In this document: positions 1 to 8,708 of the stretch, piece after piece
Layout of the letters: each line of letters begins with the position of its first letter
How positions within the stretch are numbered: the stretch's first letter is position 1
From: Chloroflexi bacterium CSP1-4
GTDB lineage: Bacteria > Chloroflexota > Limnocylindria > Limnocylindrales > CSP1-4
Assembly (NCBI GenBank): GCA_001443375.1
Contig: LDXM01000012.1
Coordinates: 2,089 to 66,088 of the forward strand
Length of the DNA: 64,000 nucleotides
Direction: 5' to 3'
The notes under the pieces: generated by a model
The model's database searches: none
What the model was told of the DNA's origin: nothing
What the model saw: the letters and a program-made list of their open reading frames with translations, nothing else
Position numbers and translations under genes: made by a program

Positions 1-342
1 CGCGCCTTCGCCTCGGCGGCCAGCTCCGGGTCGCGCTCGACCGAGATGACGCTGGCACCCATCCGCGCCAGCACGGCCGCCTGGTAGCCGGAGCCGGTGC
101 CGATGTCCAGCACGCGCGGCGGCCCCTCCGGGTGCGCGGCAATCCACGCACCGAGCTCGAGCGACTCGCTCATGCGGGCGACCATGTACGGCTGCGAGAT
201 CGTCTGGCCGCCGCCGATCCCGAGCGCGCCGTCGGTGTAGGCCAGCTCCAGAAGGAACTCGTCGACGAACCGCTCGCGGGGAACCTCGGCCATCGCCGCC
301 AGGACCAGCGCGTCGGCCACGCCCCGCTGCCGAAGCTGGGTC
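1..342 (-). CDS. pcm: protein-L-isoaspartate O-methyltransferase; the C-terminus runs off the left window edge
   Basis: The reverse-strand translation begins [32 protein letters not shown]...[74 protein letters not shown]. This is the PIMT fold with the SAM-binding motif [10 protein letters not shown]. The ATG is at 342..340. The gene is absent from the ORF track because it has no in-window stop. Confidence 0.75.
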
Positions 343-434
343 TCGACCATGCGGGCGCGGAGACGTGCGAAGCGCTCCGCATCCCGCTCTCGCCGCACGT
401 CGCGCCTCCGGGATTCGCCGCCGTCAGACCCGAC

Positions 435-992
435 TCAGCTCGGGCTGGGCGTGGGGCTGGGGGAGGCGCTGGCGGGGCTGGCGCTCGGGGCGGCGGACGG
501 GGCCACCGTGGGCGCGGGGCTGGGCGACGGGCTGGCGGGGCTGGCGCTCGGGGCCACTGTGGGCGCGGGGCTCGGCGAGGGCAGCGGCGTCAGCACTCCG
601 CCCTGGCCGAGGAAGATGCCGAAGGCGAAGATGGCCACGAAGGTCAGGACGATGAGGCCGACCCACAACTTCGAGACGCGATCGTCGATGTAGGGCAGCT
701 CCTCGACGGTCGGCGCCGGGACTGCGCCGGGCTTTGCCGCGACCTCGGGTGCGGCGGGCCGCTTGGGCGCCATGGCGGCCGCCGCCTCTGCGGCCTCGAC
801 GAGCACGGCCTCCTTGCGCGCGGCCTCCTCCTGGGCCTCGGTCTCCTCGAACGCCTCGGGTTCGAGCGCCTCTGGCTCGGGCTCGGTCTCCTCGATGGCC
901 TCGCTCAGCGCCGCGGTCTCCGCGGCGGCCAGCTCCTCGGGGGTCGGCGCCTCGCCCGGTGTCTGCGGGTCCGGTCGCTGGGGGTCCGTCAT
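435..992 (-). CDS. hypothetical membrane protein with an acidic Glu/Ala-rich N-terminus, one TM helix and a Pro/Ser/Ala-rich repetitive C-terminus
   Basis: 185-aa ORF from the track. It has a hydrophobic segment LWVGLIVLTFVAIFAFGIFL followed by LPSPSPAPTVAPSASPAS repeats. A GAGG RBS lies upstream of the ATG at 992. Composition is high-GC coding-like. Confidence 0.5.
   Translation of the reverse strand: MTDPQRPDPQTPGEAPTPEELAAAETAALSEAIEETEPEPEALEPEAFEETEAQEEAARKEAVLVEAAEAAAAMAPKRPAAPEVAAKPGAVPAPTVEELPYIDDRVSKLWVGLIVLTFVAIFAFGIFLGQGGVLTPLPSPSPAPTVAPSASPASPSPSPAPTVAPSAAPSASPASASPSPTPSPS
468..581. repeat. imperfect tandem duplication inside the CDS, a 63-nt unit followed by a 51-nt copy that lacks 12 nt
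   Basis: gctggcggggctggcgctcgggg...ccac(c/t)gtgggcgcggggct(g/c)ggcga(c/g)gg occurs twice in tandem. It encodes the PSPAPTVAPSA peptide repeats. Confidence 0.6.
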
Positions 993-1102
993 CTACCTCG
1001 TCCGTCTCTGTTCGTTCGGGTCCGTCGCGGTCGGCCCGGTCGGGCGTCCGGCGGAAGGGGGAGTCGCCGTAGTATGCCGACCCGCTCGCCCGCGCGCACG
1101 GG

Positions 1103-3178
1103 TCACGAGTCCCTGATCGCCGGCAGCAGCCACGCCACGCCCCCGGCGGCGACGGTCACGAGGCCGAAGATCGTGATGACCACGCCGGCCGACAGCACCT
1201 CGGCCATCGCCCCCGAGACGGCCATGGCCAGCGTCAGCGAGCCGAAGACGAGGCTCGATCGGATGGCGACCACGCGGCCCATCATGCGCAGCGGCGTCAG
1301 CTCGGCGAAGAGCGTCTGGGTGGGGATGACGTAGACGAGGTTGGCCACGCCGTAGCCGACCGAGGCCGCGGACGCCAGGAGCAGGTTGCCCGTCGCGCCG
1401 AGGAGCGCGATCGAGGCGCCCATGACGACGATGCCGCCGACGATCAGGCGGCCCTTGCGGAAGTGCGCCCCGACCGCGCCCACGGCCAGGCCGCCGACGA
1501 GGTTTCCGACGCCGATGGCGGCCTCGATGAGCGTGTAGTTCTGCGGATAGGCGACGAGCGAGCCATCGAGGACGTCGCGGGCATAGACCACCGTCAGGGC
1601 GATCGTGGCGCCGATGGAGACCTGTGCCACGGCGCTCACGAGCGTGTTCTGGTAGAGCGACGGGACGCCACGCAGGAAGCGCCACCCGTCGCGCAGCTCC
1701 CCGAGGAAGCGCCGCACCGCGCCGCCGACAGCTGGGCCCGCCGCGCGCACGATGGGTGGGACCGAGATGCCCAGGATGAGCGCCGCGCTGACCACGTACG
1801 TGGCCGCATCGGCCCAGAAGGCGAGCCTGATGTCCGCGCCGAGGAAGGCCACGAAGAAGCCGGCCAGCGGGTAGCCGGCGATGTCGGCGATGGTCTCGCC
1901 GGTCCACGTCGCACTGTTGGCGGCGAGCAGGTCGTCCCGGCGCACGATGCGCGGCACCGTCGCCGCCTTGGCCGGCCGGAAGAACAGGCTGACCGTGGTC
2001 ACGGCGAAGACGAGCGGGAAGACCAGCCACACGTCCTGCGCCGCGGCGACCGGGATGAGCAGCACGATGGACGCGCGCAGCAGGTCGCTCACGACCATCG
2101 TCGTCTTGAGGTCCCAGCGGTCCACGAAGGTGCCCGCGATGGGCGAGATGAAGAGGTTCGGGAGGGCCGCGGTCAGGAAGACGAGACCGGTCGCGAGGGG
2201 CGAGTTCGTGATGCCCAGGACGAGGACGGCGAGAGCGACCTGGTGCAGGCGATCGCCGAAGAGGCTGATCGTCTGGCCGATCCAGAAGGCCGAGAAGCGG
2301 GCGTCGAGCGCCAGCCGGACGTACGGATGCCGTCCGATGCGCACGACGATCGGCGGCACCGCCGTCTGGGCGCCGAGGAGGGCCGGAGCCGTGGAAGCGA
2401 GATCGCCCCAGTAGGTCGTGGCCGGCATGGCGCCGGCGCTGGTGCCGCCCAGCAACGTCGGGCGGTCGAGGGCGATCGACTCGGCATAGGCCAGCGGCGG
2501 GGCCAGCCCCGTTTCGGGCGCGATGCCGGTCCTGGAGAGGGCCGCCGCGATGGGCCGCCGCAGCCGGATCGACCCGACCATGCCCGCCGCGGCCGGGTCC
2601 GTGATGTAGAGCGTGCCCTCGCCGGTGGGACGCGTGCCGCGCAGCATCGTGGCCAGCACGAACCAGCCCAGGCCGGCGCTGATGAACGCATCGCCGATGC
2701 TGGCCACGTTGGCGAGGATGGGCAGGGGCAGCGGGATGAGGTCGCCGAAGGGGCCGGCCATGCGCAGGAACTGCACGTCCAGCGCCTCCGGCAGGAGCAC
2801 GTGGAACGTGGGCACGAGGTCGTTCGTGGAGAACCCGGCCAGGGCCAGCGAGGGACCCCAGACGGGCATCCAACCGCCGTTGGCGACGACGGCCAGGGTG
2901 TTCGAGGCGACCCCGACGCAGACGACCAGCATGCCCGGCTGCGCTCGGTTGAGCCACAGCGCCGCGAGGAGCAGCCCGAAGGCACCTGCGTACAGCGGCA
3001 GGCGCAGCGTCTCGGCGAGCGTCACGCCGTCGCGGATGGCGATCTCCGTCCCGAAGCGGACGATGACCGCGAAGAACAGCCCGGCCGGCCAGCGCAGCCG
3101 TGCGTCGAGGAGGTTGCCGGGGCGGCCGCGCAGGACGAGCCCGAGCAGGAAGCCGAGGACGATGCCGCCGATCAGCAC
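1103..3178 (-). CDS. 691-aa fusion protein with an N-terminal DUF5317-like membrane domain (~200 aa) and a C-terminal MFS transporter (12-TM-like)
   Basis: The N-terminus MLIGGIVLGFLLGLVLRGRPGNLLD...VVANGGWMPVWGPSLA resembles the DUF5317 family. From about residue 285 the sequence RHPYVRLALDARFSAFWIGQTISLFGDRLHQVALAVLVL is a typical MFS N-terminus. Internal Met codons at 2581 and 2428 could instead start a separate MFS gene. Confidence 0.65.
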   Translation of the reverse strand: MLIGGIVLGFLLGLVLRGRPGNLLDARLRWPAGLFFAVIVRFGTEIAIRDGVTLAETLRLPLYAGAFGLLLAALWLNRAQPGMLVVCVGVASNTLAVVANGGWMPVWGPSLALAGFSTNDLVPTFHVLLPEALDVQFLRMAGPFGDLIPLPLPILANVASIGDAFISAGLGWFVLATMLRGTRPTGEGTLYITDPAAAGMVGSIRLRRPIAAALSRTGIAPETGLAPPLAYAESIALDRPTLLGGTSAGAMPATTYWGDLASTAPALLGAQTAVPPIVVRIGRHPYVRLALDARFSAFWIGQTISLFGDRLHQVALAVLVLGITNSPLATGLVFLTAALPNLFISPIAGTFVDRWDLKTTMVVSDLLRASIVLLIPVAAAQDVWLVFPLVFAVTTVSLFFRPAKAATVPRIVRRDDLLAANSATWTGETIADIAGYPLAGFFVAFLGADIRLAFWADAATYVVSAALILGISVPPIVRAAGPAVGGAVRRFLGELRDGWRFLRGVPSLYQNTLVSAVAQVSIGATIALTVVYARDVLDGSLVAYPQNYTLIEAAIGVGNLVGGLAVGAVGAHFRKGRLIVGGIVVMGASIALLGATGNLLLASAASVGYGVANLVYVIPTQTLFAELTPLRMMGRVVAIRSSLVFGSLTLAMAVSGAMAEVLSAGVVITIFGLVTVAAGGVAWLLPAIRDS

Positions 3179-3267
3179 CCCGTCAGACTAGCGGCCGCGA
3201 TGCCCGGTCGTGCCGCTCCTCGGCGTATGCCCCGCGGTCATCCGAAGTGCCGGATCTGAGCGTGGCT

Positions 3268-3295
3268 GCCTCGCGATCGAACCTCATCGCGAGGC
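3268..3295 (-). terminator. GC-rich hairpin downstream of the LLM oxidoreductase gene; a candidate intrinsic terminator with no clear U-tract
   Basis: gcctcgcgat-cgaacctc-atcgcgaggc gives a 10-bp perfect stem with an 8-nt loop. Confidence 0.3.
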
Positions 3296-3340
3296 GATCA
3301 CACTCGGTTTCGTGGCCCCGCATGACCGCCAGGCATGCCC

Positions 3341-4288
3341 CTACCCGGCCTCGACCATCGGCTTCACCTCGGTCACCAGCCGCTCGATCGACTCGATGTC
3401 GTAGGGCGCGGGGTGCTCGGAGATGAAGGCGCGGAAGCCGATGGTCAGGTAGCCGGCCATCGTCTCGGCGACCTGCTCCGGCGTGCCGACGAACCAGGTG
3501 ACGTCGTCGCTGACGTCCTCCATCGGCGTCCGGTTGGCGGCCATCTGCTCCCCCCAGGCGCGCCGCGCCGCCTCGGCGGTGTCGCGGATGACGATCTTGC
3601 AGTTCACCGTGCGCTCGATCGTCTCCGGGTCGCGCCCCACGTCCGCGCAGTGCCGCCGCAGCACGGCGTCCTTGTGGGTCAGCGTCTCCACGGTCCCGCC
3701 CGCGTTCCACTGGTCGCCGTACTTCGCCAGCGTGCGCAGCGTCTTCTTCTCGCCCGTGCCGCCGATCATGATCGGCACGTGCGCCTGGACGGGCCGCGGG
3801 TGGTGGACCAGCTGCTCGGTGTGGTACCGGGGCCCGTGGTGCGTGACCGTCTCGCCGTCGAGCAGGGCGCGGATGATGCCCACCGACTCGTCGAGCCAGT
3901 CGAGCCGCTGCCCGAAGCCGGAGCCGAAGTCGATGCCGTGGGCGCTGTGCTCCAGCTCCATCCAGGCGCCGCCGAGGCCGCAGATGGCGCGACCGCCGCT
4001 GATGTGGTCGACCGTGGCGATCGACTTGGCCACGAGGCCCGGATTGCGGAACGTGTTGGCGCTGACCATCAGCCCGATCGAGATGCGTTCGGTCATCGCC
4101 GCCCACGCGCCGAGCGTGGTGTAGGCCTCGAAGATCGGCTGGTAGGGGTCGCCGAAGATGGCGTAGAGATGGTCCCACGACCAAAGGCTGTCGTAGCCGA
4201 GCGCCTCGGCTCGGACGGCGATGTCGGCGTAGGCAGGCCAGTCGGTGGCCTGGGACCAGGGCAGCAGCCCGAGCTTTACGATGGTCAT
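3341..4288 (-). CDS. LLM-class (luciferase-like) F420-dependent oxidoreductase
   Basis: 315-aa protein. The N-terminus MTIVKLGLLPWSQATDWPAYADIAVRAEALGYDSLWSWDHL and GGAWMELEHSAHGIDFG are typical of the TIGR03560 luciferase-like monooxygenase family. Confidence 0.8.
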   Translation of the reverse strand: MTIVKLGLLPWSQATDWPAYADIAVRAEALGYDSLWSWDHLYAIFGDPYQPIFEAYTTLGAWAAMTERISIGLMVSANTFRNPGLVAKSIATVDHISGGRAICGLGGAWMELEHSAHGIDFGSGFGQRLDWLDESVGIIRALLDGETVTHHGPRYHTEQLVHHPRPVQAHVPIMIGGTGEKKTLRTLAKYGDQWNAGGTVETLTHKDAVLRRHCADVGRDPETIERTVNCKIVIRDTAEAARRAWGEQMAANRTPMEDVSDDVTWFVGTPEQVAETMAGYLTIGFRAFISEHPAPYDIESIERLVTEVKPMVEAG

Positions 4289-4371
4289 CGAGGGTCTCCG
4301 TGCGGAAGGGCGTCAGGGTTTCGCGGCGGCCACGATAGTCGCCGGGCGGGGGGCGACGGCAGGGCCGTCCG

Positions 4372-5349
4372 TCACGACGATCCCGCCGAGGTGAGCGCGA
4401 TCCTGGTGGCCAGCCGGCGCGCCTCGTCCGGATCGAGCTCACCTGCCCCGGGCACGAGCGCGTTGGCGGCCGCCGCACCGGCGCCCGCGAAGAAGGCGGG
4501 GCCGAGGCCGAGGCCCGCGGCGAGACCGGCGGCCATGCCGGCCAGGAAGGCGTCGCCCGATCCGACCGGATAGCGACCCCGCACCGGGGGCGGACCGAGC
4601 CGAAGCTCGAGCCCCGTCCCGACGAGGACGGAGCCGCTGCTGCCGGCGGTGACCACGGCGTTGCCGGCGCCCCGCTCCACGAGCGCCTGCGCCAGGTCGC
4701 GGATGCCAGCCCCGGGCCCACCGACTGAGTCGGCGCCGAGTGCCTCGGCCGCTTCGGTGGTGTTGACCTTGACCAGCCAGGGATGTTTGGCCAGGGCGGC
4801 CGCGAGGCCCGGCCCGTACGCGTCGACGAGCGTCCGGGCACCCCAAGCGTGAGCCGTGGCCACGACCCGCGCGAAGGCATCGTCGGGCGAGCCGGTGGGC
4901 AGGCCGCCGGAGATGGTGACGATCGTCCCGTCGCCGGTGGCGGCGGCATGGCTCGCGATCGTCTCATCCAGCAGCGCCAGCAGCGCATCCCAATCCCCCG
5001 CGCCCACGGCGGGGCTGGGCTCGTAGATCTCCGTCAGCTCGGCCGTCGCGCGATCAAGGATCGAGACACAGGTCCGGGTTTCGCCGTCGACCCAGGTGAA
5101 GCGGCCGCTCACGCCGATGCCGGTCAGCGCTTCTTGGACCCAACGGCCGGCGTGGCCGGCCAGGAAGCCGATGGCCGTCACCGGGGCGCCGAGCCGGTGC
5201 GCGGCCCGGGCCACGTTCAGTCCCTTGCCGCCGGGCAGCGTGGTCACGGCCACCGGCCGGTGGATCGCCCCGGCCCGCAGCGCCTCGACCTCCTCGAGGC
5301 GGTCGATGGCCGGCGCAGGGGCGACGCAGATCAGCCGGCCACCGCTCAC
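4372..5349 (-). CDS. hexose kinase of the 1-phosphofructokinase family (PfkB superfamily; LacC/FruK-like tagatose-6-P or fructose-1-P kinase)
   Basis: Translation from GTG 5349 is VSGGRLICVAPAPAIDRLEEVEALRAGAIHRPVAVTTLPGGKGLNVARAA...GSGDAFLAGMAAGL. The GTG overlaps the upstream stop as GTGA. The 5' part of track ORF 4372..5772 is an out-of-gene extension. Confidence 0.8.
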   Translation of the reverse strand: MSGGRLICVAPAPAIDRLEEVEALRAGAIHRPVAVTTLPGGKGLNVARAAHRLGAPVTAIGFLAGHAGRWVQEALTGIGVSGRFTWVDGETRTCVSILDRATAELTEIYEPSPAVGAGDWDALLALLDETIASHAAATGDGTIVTISGGLPTGSPDDAFARVVATAHAWGARTLVDAYGPGLAAALAKHPWLVKVNTTEAAEALGADSVGGPGAGIRDLAQALVERGAGNAVVTAGSSGSVLVGTGLELRLGPPPVRGRYPVGSGDAFLAGMAAGLAAGLGLGPAFFAGAGAAAANALVPGAGELDPDEARRLATRIALTSAGSS

Positions 5350-6308
5350 TCCGGCAGGTCTCGTCCGGCGGCGAGCAGGGCCGCGCGCGCCTCCTCGAGC
5401 GTGGGTTGCCCGTCGGTGCCGCCCGCGCGCCGCGTGGACAGGGCGCCACAGGCCACGGCCAGCTCGAGTGCATCCGCCAAGGGCCAGCCTTGCAGGTACC
5501 CGCACAGGAAGCCGGCGTCGAACGAGTCCCCGGCCCCCACCGCGTCGGCCACGGTCACCTGCAGCGCGGCGCTGGTGACTGAGGCGGAGCCGCGCACGGC
5601 GAGAGCGCCCCGGTCGGCCTGCTTGACCACGACGGTCATGCCCTCCGGCCCGACCCCTCGGATCGCCTGTGCCGCGGCCGCGACGTCGCTCGTGCCGCCG
5701 ATCGCCCGTGCCTCGGCCGTGTTGGGCAGGAAGACGTCCGTCAGCGCGAGGATGTCCTGCAGCCCCTGCCACTCCTCGGCGGGGTCCCAGCCCGGGTCGA
5801 GCGAGGTCGTGAGGCCCTCGGCGTGTGCTGCTGCGAAGAGCCCGGGCAGGCCGGGGCGCAGCCGGTCCTGGAGGAACCAGCTGCCGACGTGCAGGTGGCG
5901 CGCCCGCATGAGCAGGGCCCGGGGGACTTCCTCCGCGTGGAGCGACGCCATCGCTCCCGGGGCGGTCAGGATCGCCCGGTCGGCGCCGGTATCGAGGACC
6001 ACGGTCACACCGGTCGGCAGCTCCGGGTCGATGCGGCAGGCGCTCACGTCGATGCCGCGGGCGCGCATCTCGTCGAGCATGAAGCGCCCGAACAGGTCGT
6101 CCCCCACGACGCCCACGAAGGCGGTGCGCAGCCCCAGCCGCGTGGCGCCGCAGGCGGTGATGACCGACGAGCTGCCCACGGCCAGCCGGATGGCGCGCAC
6201 GTACCGCTCCGCCTGCCCGAAGCGTGGCTGCGCGTGGGCGCCGGCGACGATGATGTCCGGGTTGATCTCGCCCACCACGAGCAGCCCGAGGTCGACCGGC
6301 GGCCCCAC
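5346..6308 (-). CDS. PfkB-family carbohydrate kinase (ribokinase-like sugar kinase)
   Basis: The sequence contains GLLVVGEINPDIIV...DTGADRAILTAPGA...GAGDSFDAGFLCGYLQG, the ribokinase signature. The likely start is GTG 6308, 2 nt after the aldolase stop. An alternative ATG at 6377 would overlap the aldolase gene by 67 nt. Confidence 0.75.
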   Translation of the reverse strand: MGPPVDLGLLVVGEINPDIIVAGAHAQPRFGQAERYVRAIRLAVGSSSVITACGATRLGLRTAFVGVVGDDLFGRFMLDEMRARGIDVSACRIDPELPTGVTVVLDTGADRAILTAPGAMASLHAEEVPRALLMRARHLHVGSWFLQDRLRPGLPGLFAAAHAEGLTTSLDPGWDPAEEWQGLQDILALTDVFLPNTAEARAIGGTSDVAAAAQAIRGVGPEGMTVVVKQADRGALAVRGSASVTSAALQVTVADAVGAGDSFDAGFLCGYLQGWPLADALELAVACGALSTRRAGGTDGQPTLEEARAALLAAGRDLPE

Positions 6309-6310
6309 GC

Positions 6311-7279
6311 TCAGTACTCCCGGTACCAGCCGTCGCCCGGCGGCTTCATGGCGGCCAGCCGGCTGGCCGTCTCCCACGGTCGTCCCAGCGCGTCCACGCG
6401 GTCTGCGAGCGCGGCGAGGCGGCGGCGACCCTCGCCGGTGAGGAAGGCATCGCGCTCGGCCGGCGGCATCGTCGCGGCCTGGGCCCAGATGGCGCGTCCC
6501 GCGAGCACGCCGCTGGCGCCGGCGGCGCAGGCGACCTCGACCTGGTGCTCGAACGTCCGCTCGTCCACGCCGCCCGAGAGGAGCACCCAGGGCACGCTCG
6601 AGGCCGCGGTCAGCTCGTCACACGCCTCGCGCCAGCGCTCTTCGTCGGCCACGGCCGCGTCGTAGGGGAACTCGGCCTTGAGGATGTCGCCGCCGATGGC
6701 CGTCAGGCGCCGCGCCGTCTCGATCACGACGCGACGCCGCTCCTCGCCGGTCAGCTTCCCGCCGTCCGCGATCGAGTAGCCCAGCGGCTCCAGGAAGAGT
6801 GGCAGGTCGCTGGCGCGCGCCTCGTCGGCGACGTAGGCCACGAGCGCCTCCTGGGCGGGCGCGTTGACGGCCTGGGGGTGGTAGTAGACGAGCAGCTTGA
6901 CCGCCGACGCGCCCAGCCGCGCCGCCTGCTCCACGCTCCAGCCCTCCAGGAGGCGGCTCTGGCGCGCGGTGGACGGGCCGTCGTAGCCGGTCGCCTCGAC
7001 CGCCACGATGAGGCCCGCCGACGCAGGCAGCGACCCGTCGGCGATGCACTGCGCCGCGCCGATCTCGGGATCGAGCAGGACGCCGGTGGCGGCACCGGCG
7101 AGCGCCCGCACCACGGCGCGCTTGAACTCGACCATCTCCTCGAAGGTCACCGAGGCCGGATCCGCGAGCCGCAGCTCGCGGCGCAGGTTCTGGCGATGAT
7201 CCAGCGCGAGCACGGTGAACGTGCCCCGCGGGGAGGCGCACTGGCGGAGGCCGCGCAGCGTGCCGGGGCGGAACGTCAT
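6311..7279 (-). CDS. class I tagatose-1,6-bisphosphate aldolase-like protein (LacD/DhnA family)
   Basis: 322-aa protein with TFTVLALDHRQNLRREL...KLLVYYHPQA...LLSGGVDERTFEHQVEVACAAGASGVLAGRAIW. It is similar to LacD-type aldolases and is the first gene of the aldolase-kinase-kinase operon. Confidence 0.7.
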   Translation of the reverse strand: MTFRPGTLRGLRQCASPRGTFTVLALDHRQNLRRELRLADPASVTFEEMVEFKRAVVRALAGAATGVLLDPEIGAAQCIADGSLPASAGLIVAVEATGYDGPSTARQSRLLEGWSVEQAARLGASAVKLLVYYHPQAVNAPAQEALVAYVADEARASDLPLFLEPLGYSIADGGKLTGEERRRVVIETARRLTAIGGDILKAEFPYDAAVADEERWREACDELTAASSVPWVLLSGGVDERTFEHQVEVACAAGASGVLAGRAIWAQAATMPPAERDAFLTGEGRRRLAALADRVDALGRPWETASRLAAMKPPGDGWYREY

Positions 7280-7304
7280 GGCGGGATGGTATCATCCGCG
7301 GAGG

Positions 7305-7323
7305 TACGGACGTCCGTATGTCT
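7305..7323. promoter_or_regulatory. perfect 14-bp palindrome TACGGACGTCCGTA plus 5 nt, in the divergent promoter region between the aldolase operon and the GH4 gene; a candidate operator
   Basis: The palindrome was read directly in the sequence. The 15-mer GACGTCCGTATGTCT at 7309..7323 recurs as its reverse complement at 8648..8662. Confidence 0.55.
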
Positions 7324-7333
7324 GGAGGCGCTG

Positions 7334-8629
7334 ATGACCCGGATCGTGCTGATCGGCGCGGGCAGCGTCGAGTTCACGCGCAACCTCCTGGGCGACTTCC
7401 TCTCCTACCCGGAACTGCACGACGCGACGTTCGCCCTCCACGACATCGATGCCGACCGGCTCGCCACGGCCGAGCGCATGGCGCACTGGACCGCCGGCGC
7501 CCTGGGGGCGACCCCGCGCATCGAGGTCCATCTCGACCGCCGCGATGCCCTGCGCGGCGCCGACTTCGTCGTGGACACGATCCAGGTCGGCGGTGCCCGG
7601 GCGACGCAGATCGACTTCGGCGTGCCGGCGCGCCACGGCCTGCGCTACACGATCAACGACACCATCAACATCGGCGGCGTGATGCGCGGCCTGCGCACCA
7701 TCCCGGTCGTGCTCGACATCGTGCGCGACATGGAGGAGCTCTGCCCCGACGCCTGGTTCCTCAACTACACCAACCCCATGTCGATGCTCATCTGGGCCGT
7801 GGCCGAGCGGAGCGACATCCGCACGGTGGGGCTGTGCCACTCCGTCTACTGGACGGTGGACACGATCGGTCGCTACCTGGGCATCCCGCGCGAGGAGATC
7901 GAGCACGTCTCGGCGGGCGTCAACCACCTCGCCTTCCTGCTGCGACTGGAGCATCGCGGCCGCGACCTGTATCCGGACCTGCGCCGCTTCGTGGCCGACG
8001 ACCGGATCCCCCCGGACGACCTGGTGCGCGCGGAGCTGTTCCGGCGCCTGGGCTACTACCCCACCGAGTCCTCCGAGCACCACGCCGAGTACAACCCCTG
8101 GTTCATCCCCAAGGGGGACGCCGTGGAGCGCTTCAACATCCCCATCGGGGAGTACCTCTCGCGCGTGGCCGCGAACCTCGATGAGTACGCGGAGACGAAG
8201 CGCCGGCTCGACGCCGGCGAGCCGTTCGAGATCGAGCGCAGCGGCGAGTACGCCGCGGTCTTCGTCCATGCCCTCCTGACCGGCCAGACGGAACGGATCG
8301 TGGGCAACGTCATGAACCGCGGTTTCGTGGCCAACCTGGATCCGGACGCCTGCGTCGAGGTGCCCTGTCTCGTGGACGGCGGCGGGATCCATCCCCAGAC
8401 CGTGGGCCCCCTGCCGCCCCAGTGCGCCGCGTACATCCGGCCGGCCATCGACGCCCAGCGCCTGACCATCCGTGCGGCGCTCGACGAGGACCGCGACGCC
8501 GTCTACCACGCGGCCATGCAGGACCCGCAGATCCAGGCCCGCCTCTCCCTCGAGGAGACGTGGCGCCTGGTCGACGAGCTGATCGCGGCCGAAGGGGAGT
8601 GGCTGCCGGCGTGGCTCCGCCCCGGTTGA
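7334..8629 (+). CDS. glycoside hydrolase family 4 (NAD+/Mn2+-dependent alpha-glucosidase or alpha-galactosidase-like)
   Basis: The N-terminus MTRIVLIGAGSVEFTRNLLGDF is a Rossmann motif. CHSVYW, GVNHLAFLL and NPWFIPKGD are GH4 hallmarks. A GGAGG RBS lies 6 nt upstream of the ATG at 7334. The long track ORF 6545..8629 carries a 5' antisense extension. Confidence 0.85.
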   Translation: MTRIVLIGAGSVEFTRNLLGDFLSYPELHDATFALHDIDADRLATAERMAHWTAGALGATPRIEVHLDRRDALRGADFVVDTIQVGGARATQIDFGVPARHGLRYTINDTINIGGVMRGLRTIPVVLDIVRDMEELCPDAWFLNYTNPMSMLIWAVAERSDIRTVGLCHSVYWTVDTIGRYLGIPREEIEHVSAGVNHLAFLLRLEHRGRDLYPDLRRFVADDRIPPDDLVRAELFRRLGYYPTESSEHHAEYNPWFIPKGDAVERFNIPIGEYLSRVAANLDEYAETKRRLDAGEPFEIERSGEYAAVFVHALLTGQTERIVGNVMNRGFVANLDPDACVEVPCLVDGGGIHPQTVGPLPPQCAAYIRPAIDAQRLTIRAALDEDRDAVYHAAMQDPQIQARLSLEETWRLVDELIAAEGEWLPAWLRPG

Positions 8630-8647
8630 CAGGCAGGGCTAGGCTGG

Positions 8648-8662
8648 AGACATACGGACGTC
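8648..8662. promoter_or_regulatory. second copy of the 15-mer operator-like motif, between GH4 and the ABC transporter substrate-binding gene
   Basis: AGACATACGGACGTC is the reverse complement of 7309..7323. It shares the core TACGGACGTC. Confidence 0.5.
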
Positions 8663-8708
8663 TGGACAACCTCGGTCACTCACTGACCGGGGCCATGGAG
8701 GAGATGCG

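Noticed and set aside
132-3259. Long + strand ORFs (132..1334, 1463..3259) and minus ORF 993..2957 overlapping the pcm, hypothetical and DUF5317/MFS genes
   Set aside because: The proteins are Arg/Gly/His/Asp-rich and low-complexity, typical of antisense or out-of-frame shadow ORFs in 72% GC DNA. The overlapping frames have clear family signatures (PIMT, MFS).
3183-6665. ORFs 3183..4988(-), 3335..4573(+), 4783..6441(+), 5823..6665(+) and the 5' extension of 4372..5772
   Set aside because: They are antisense or out-of-frame to the LLM oxidoreductase and PfkB kinase genes. They have RG-rich composition and no domain motifs.
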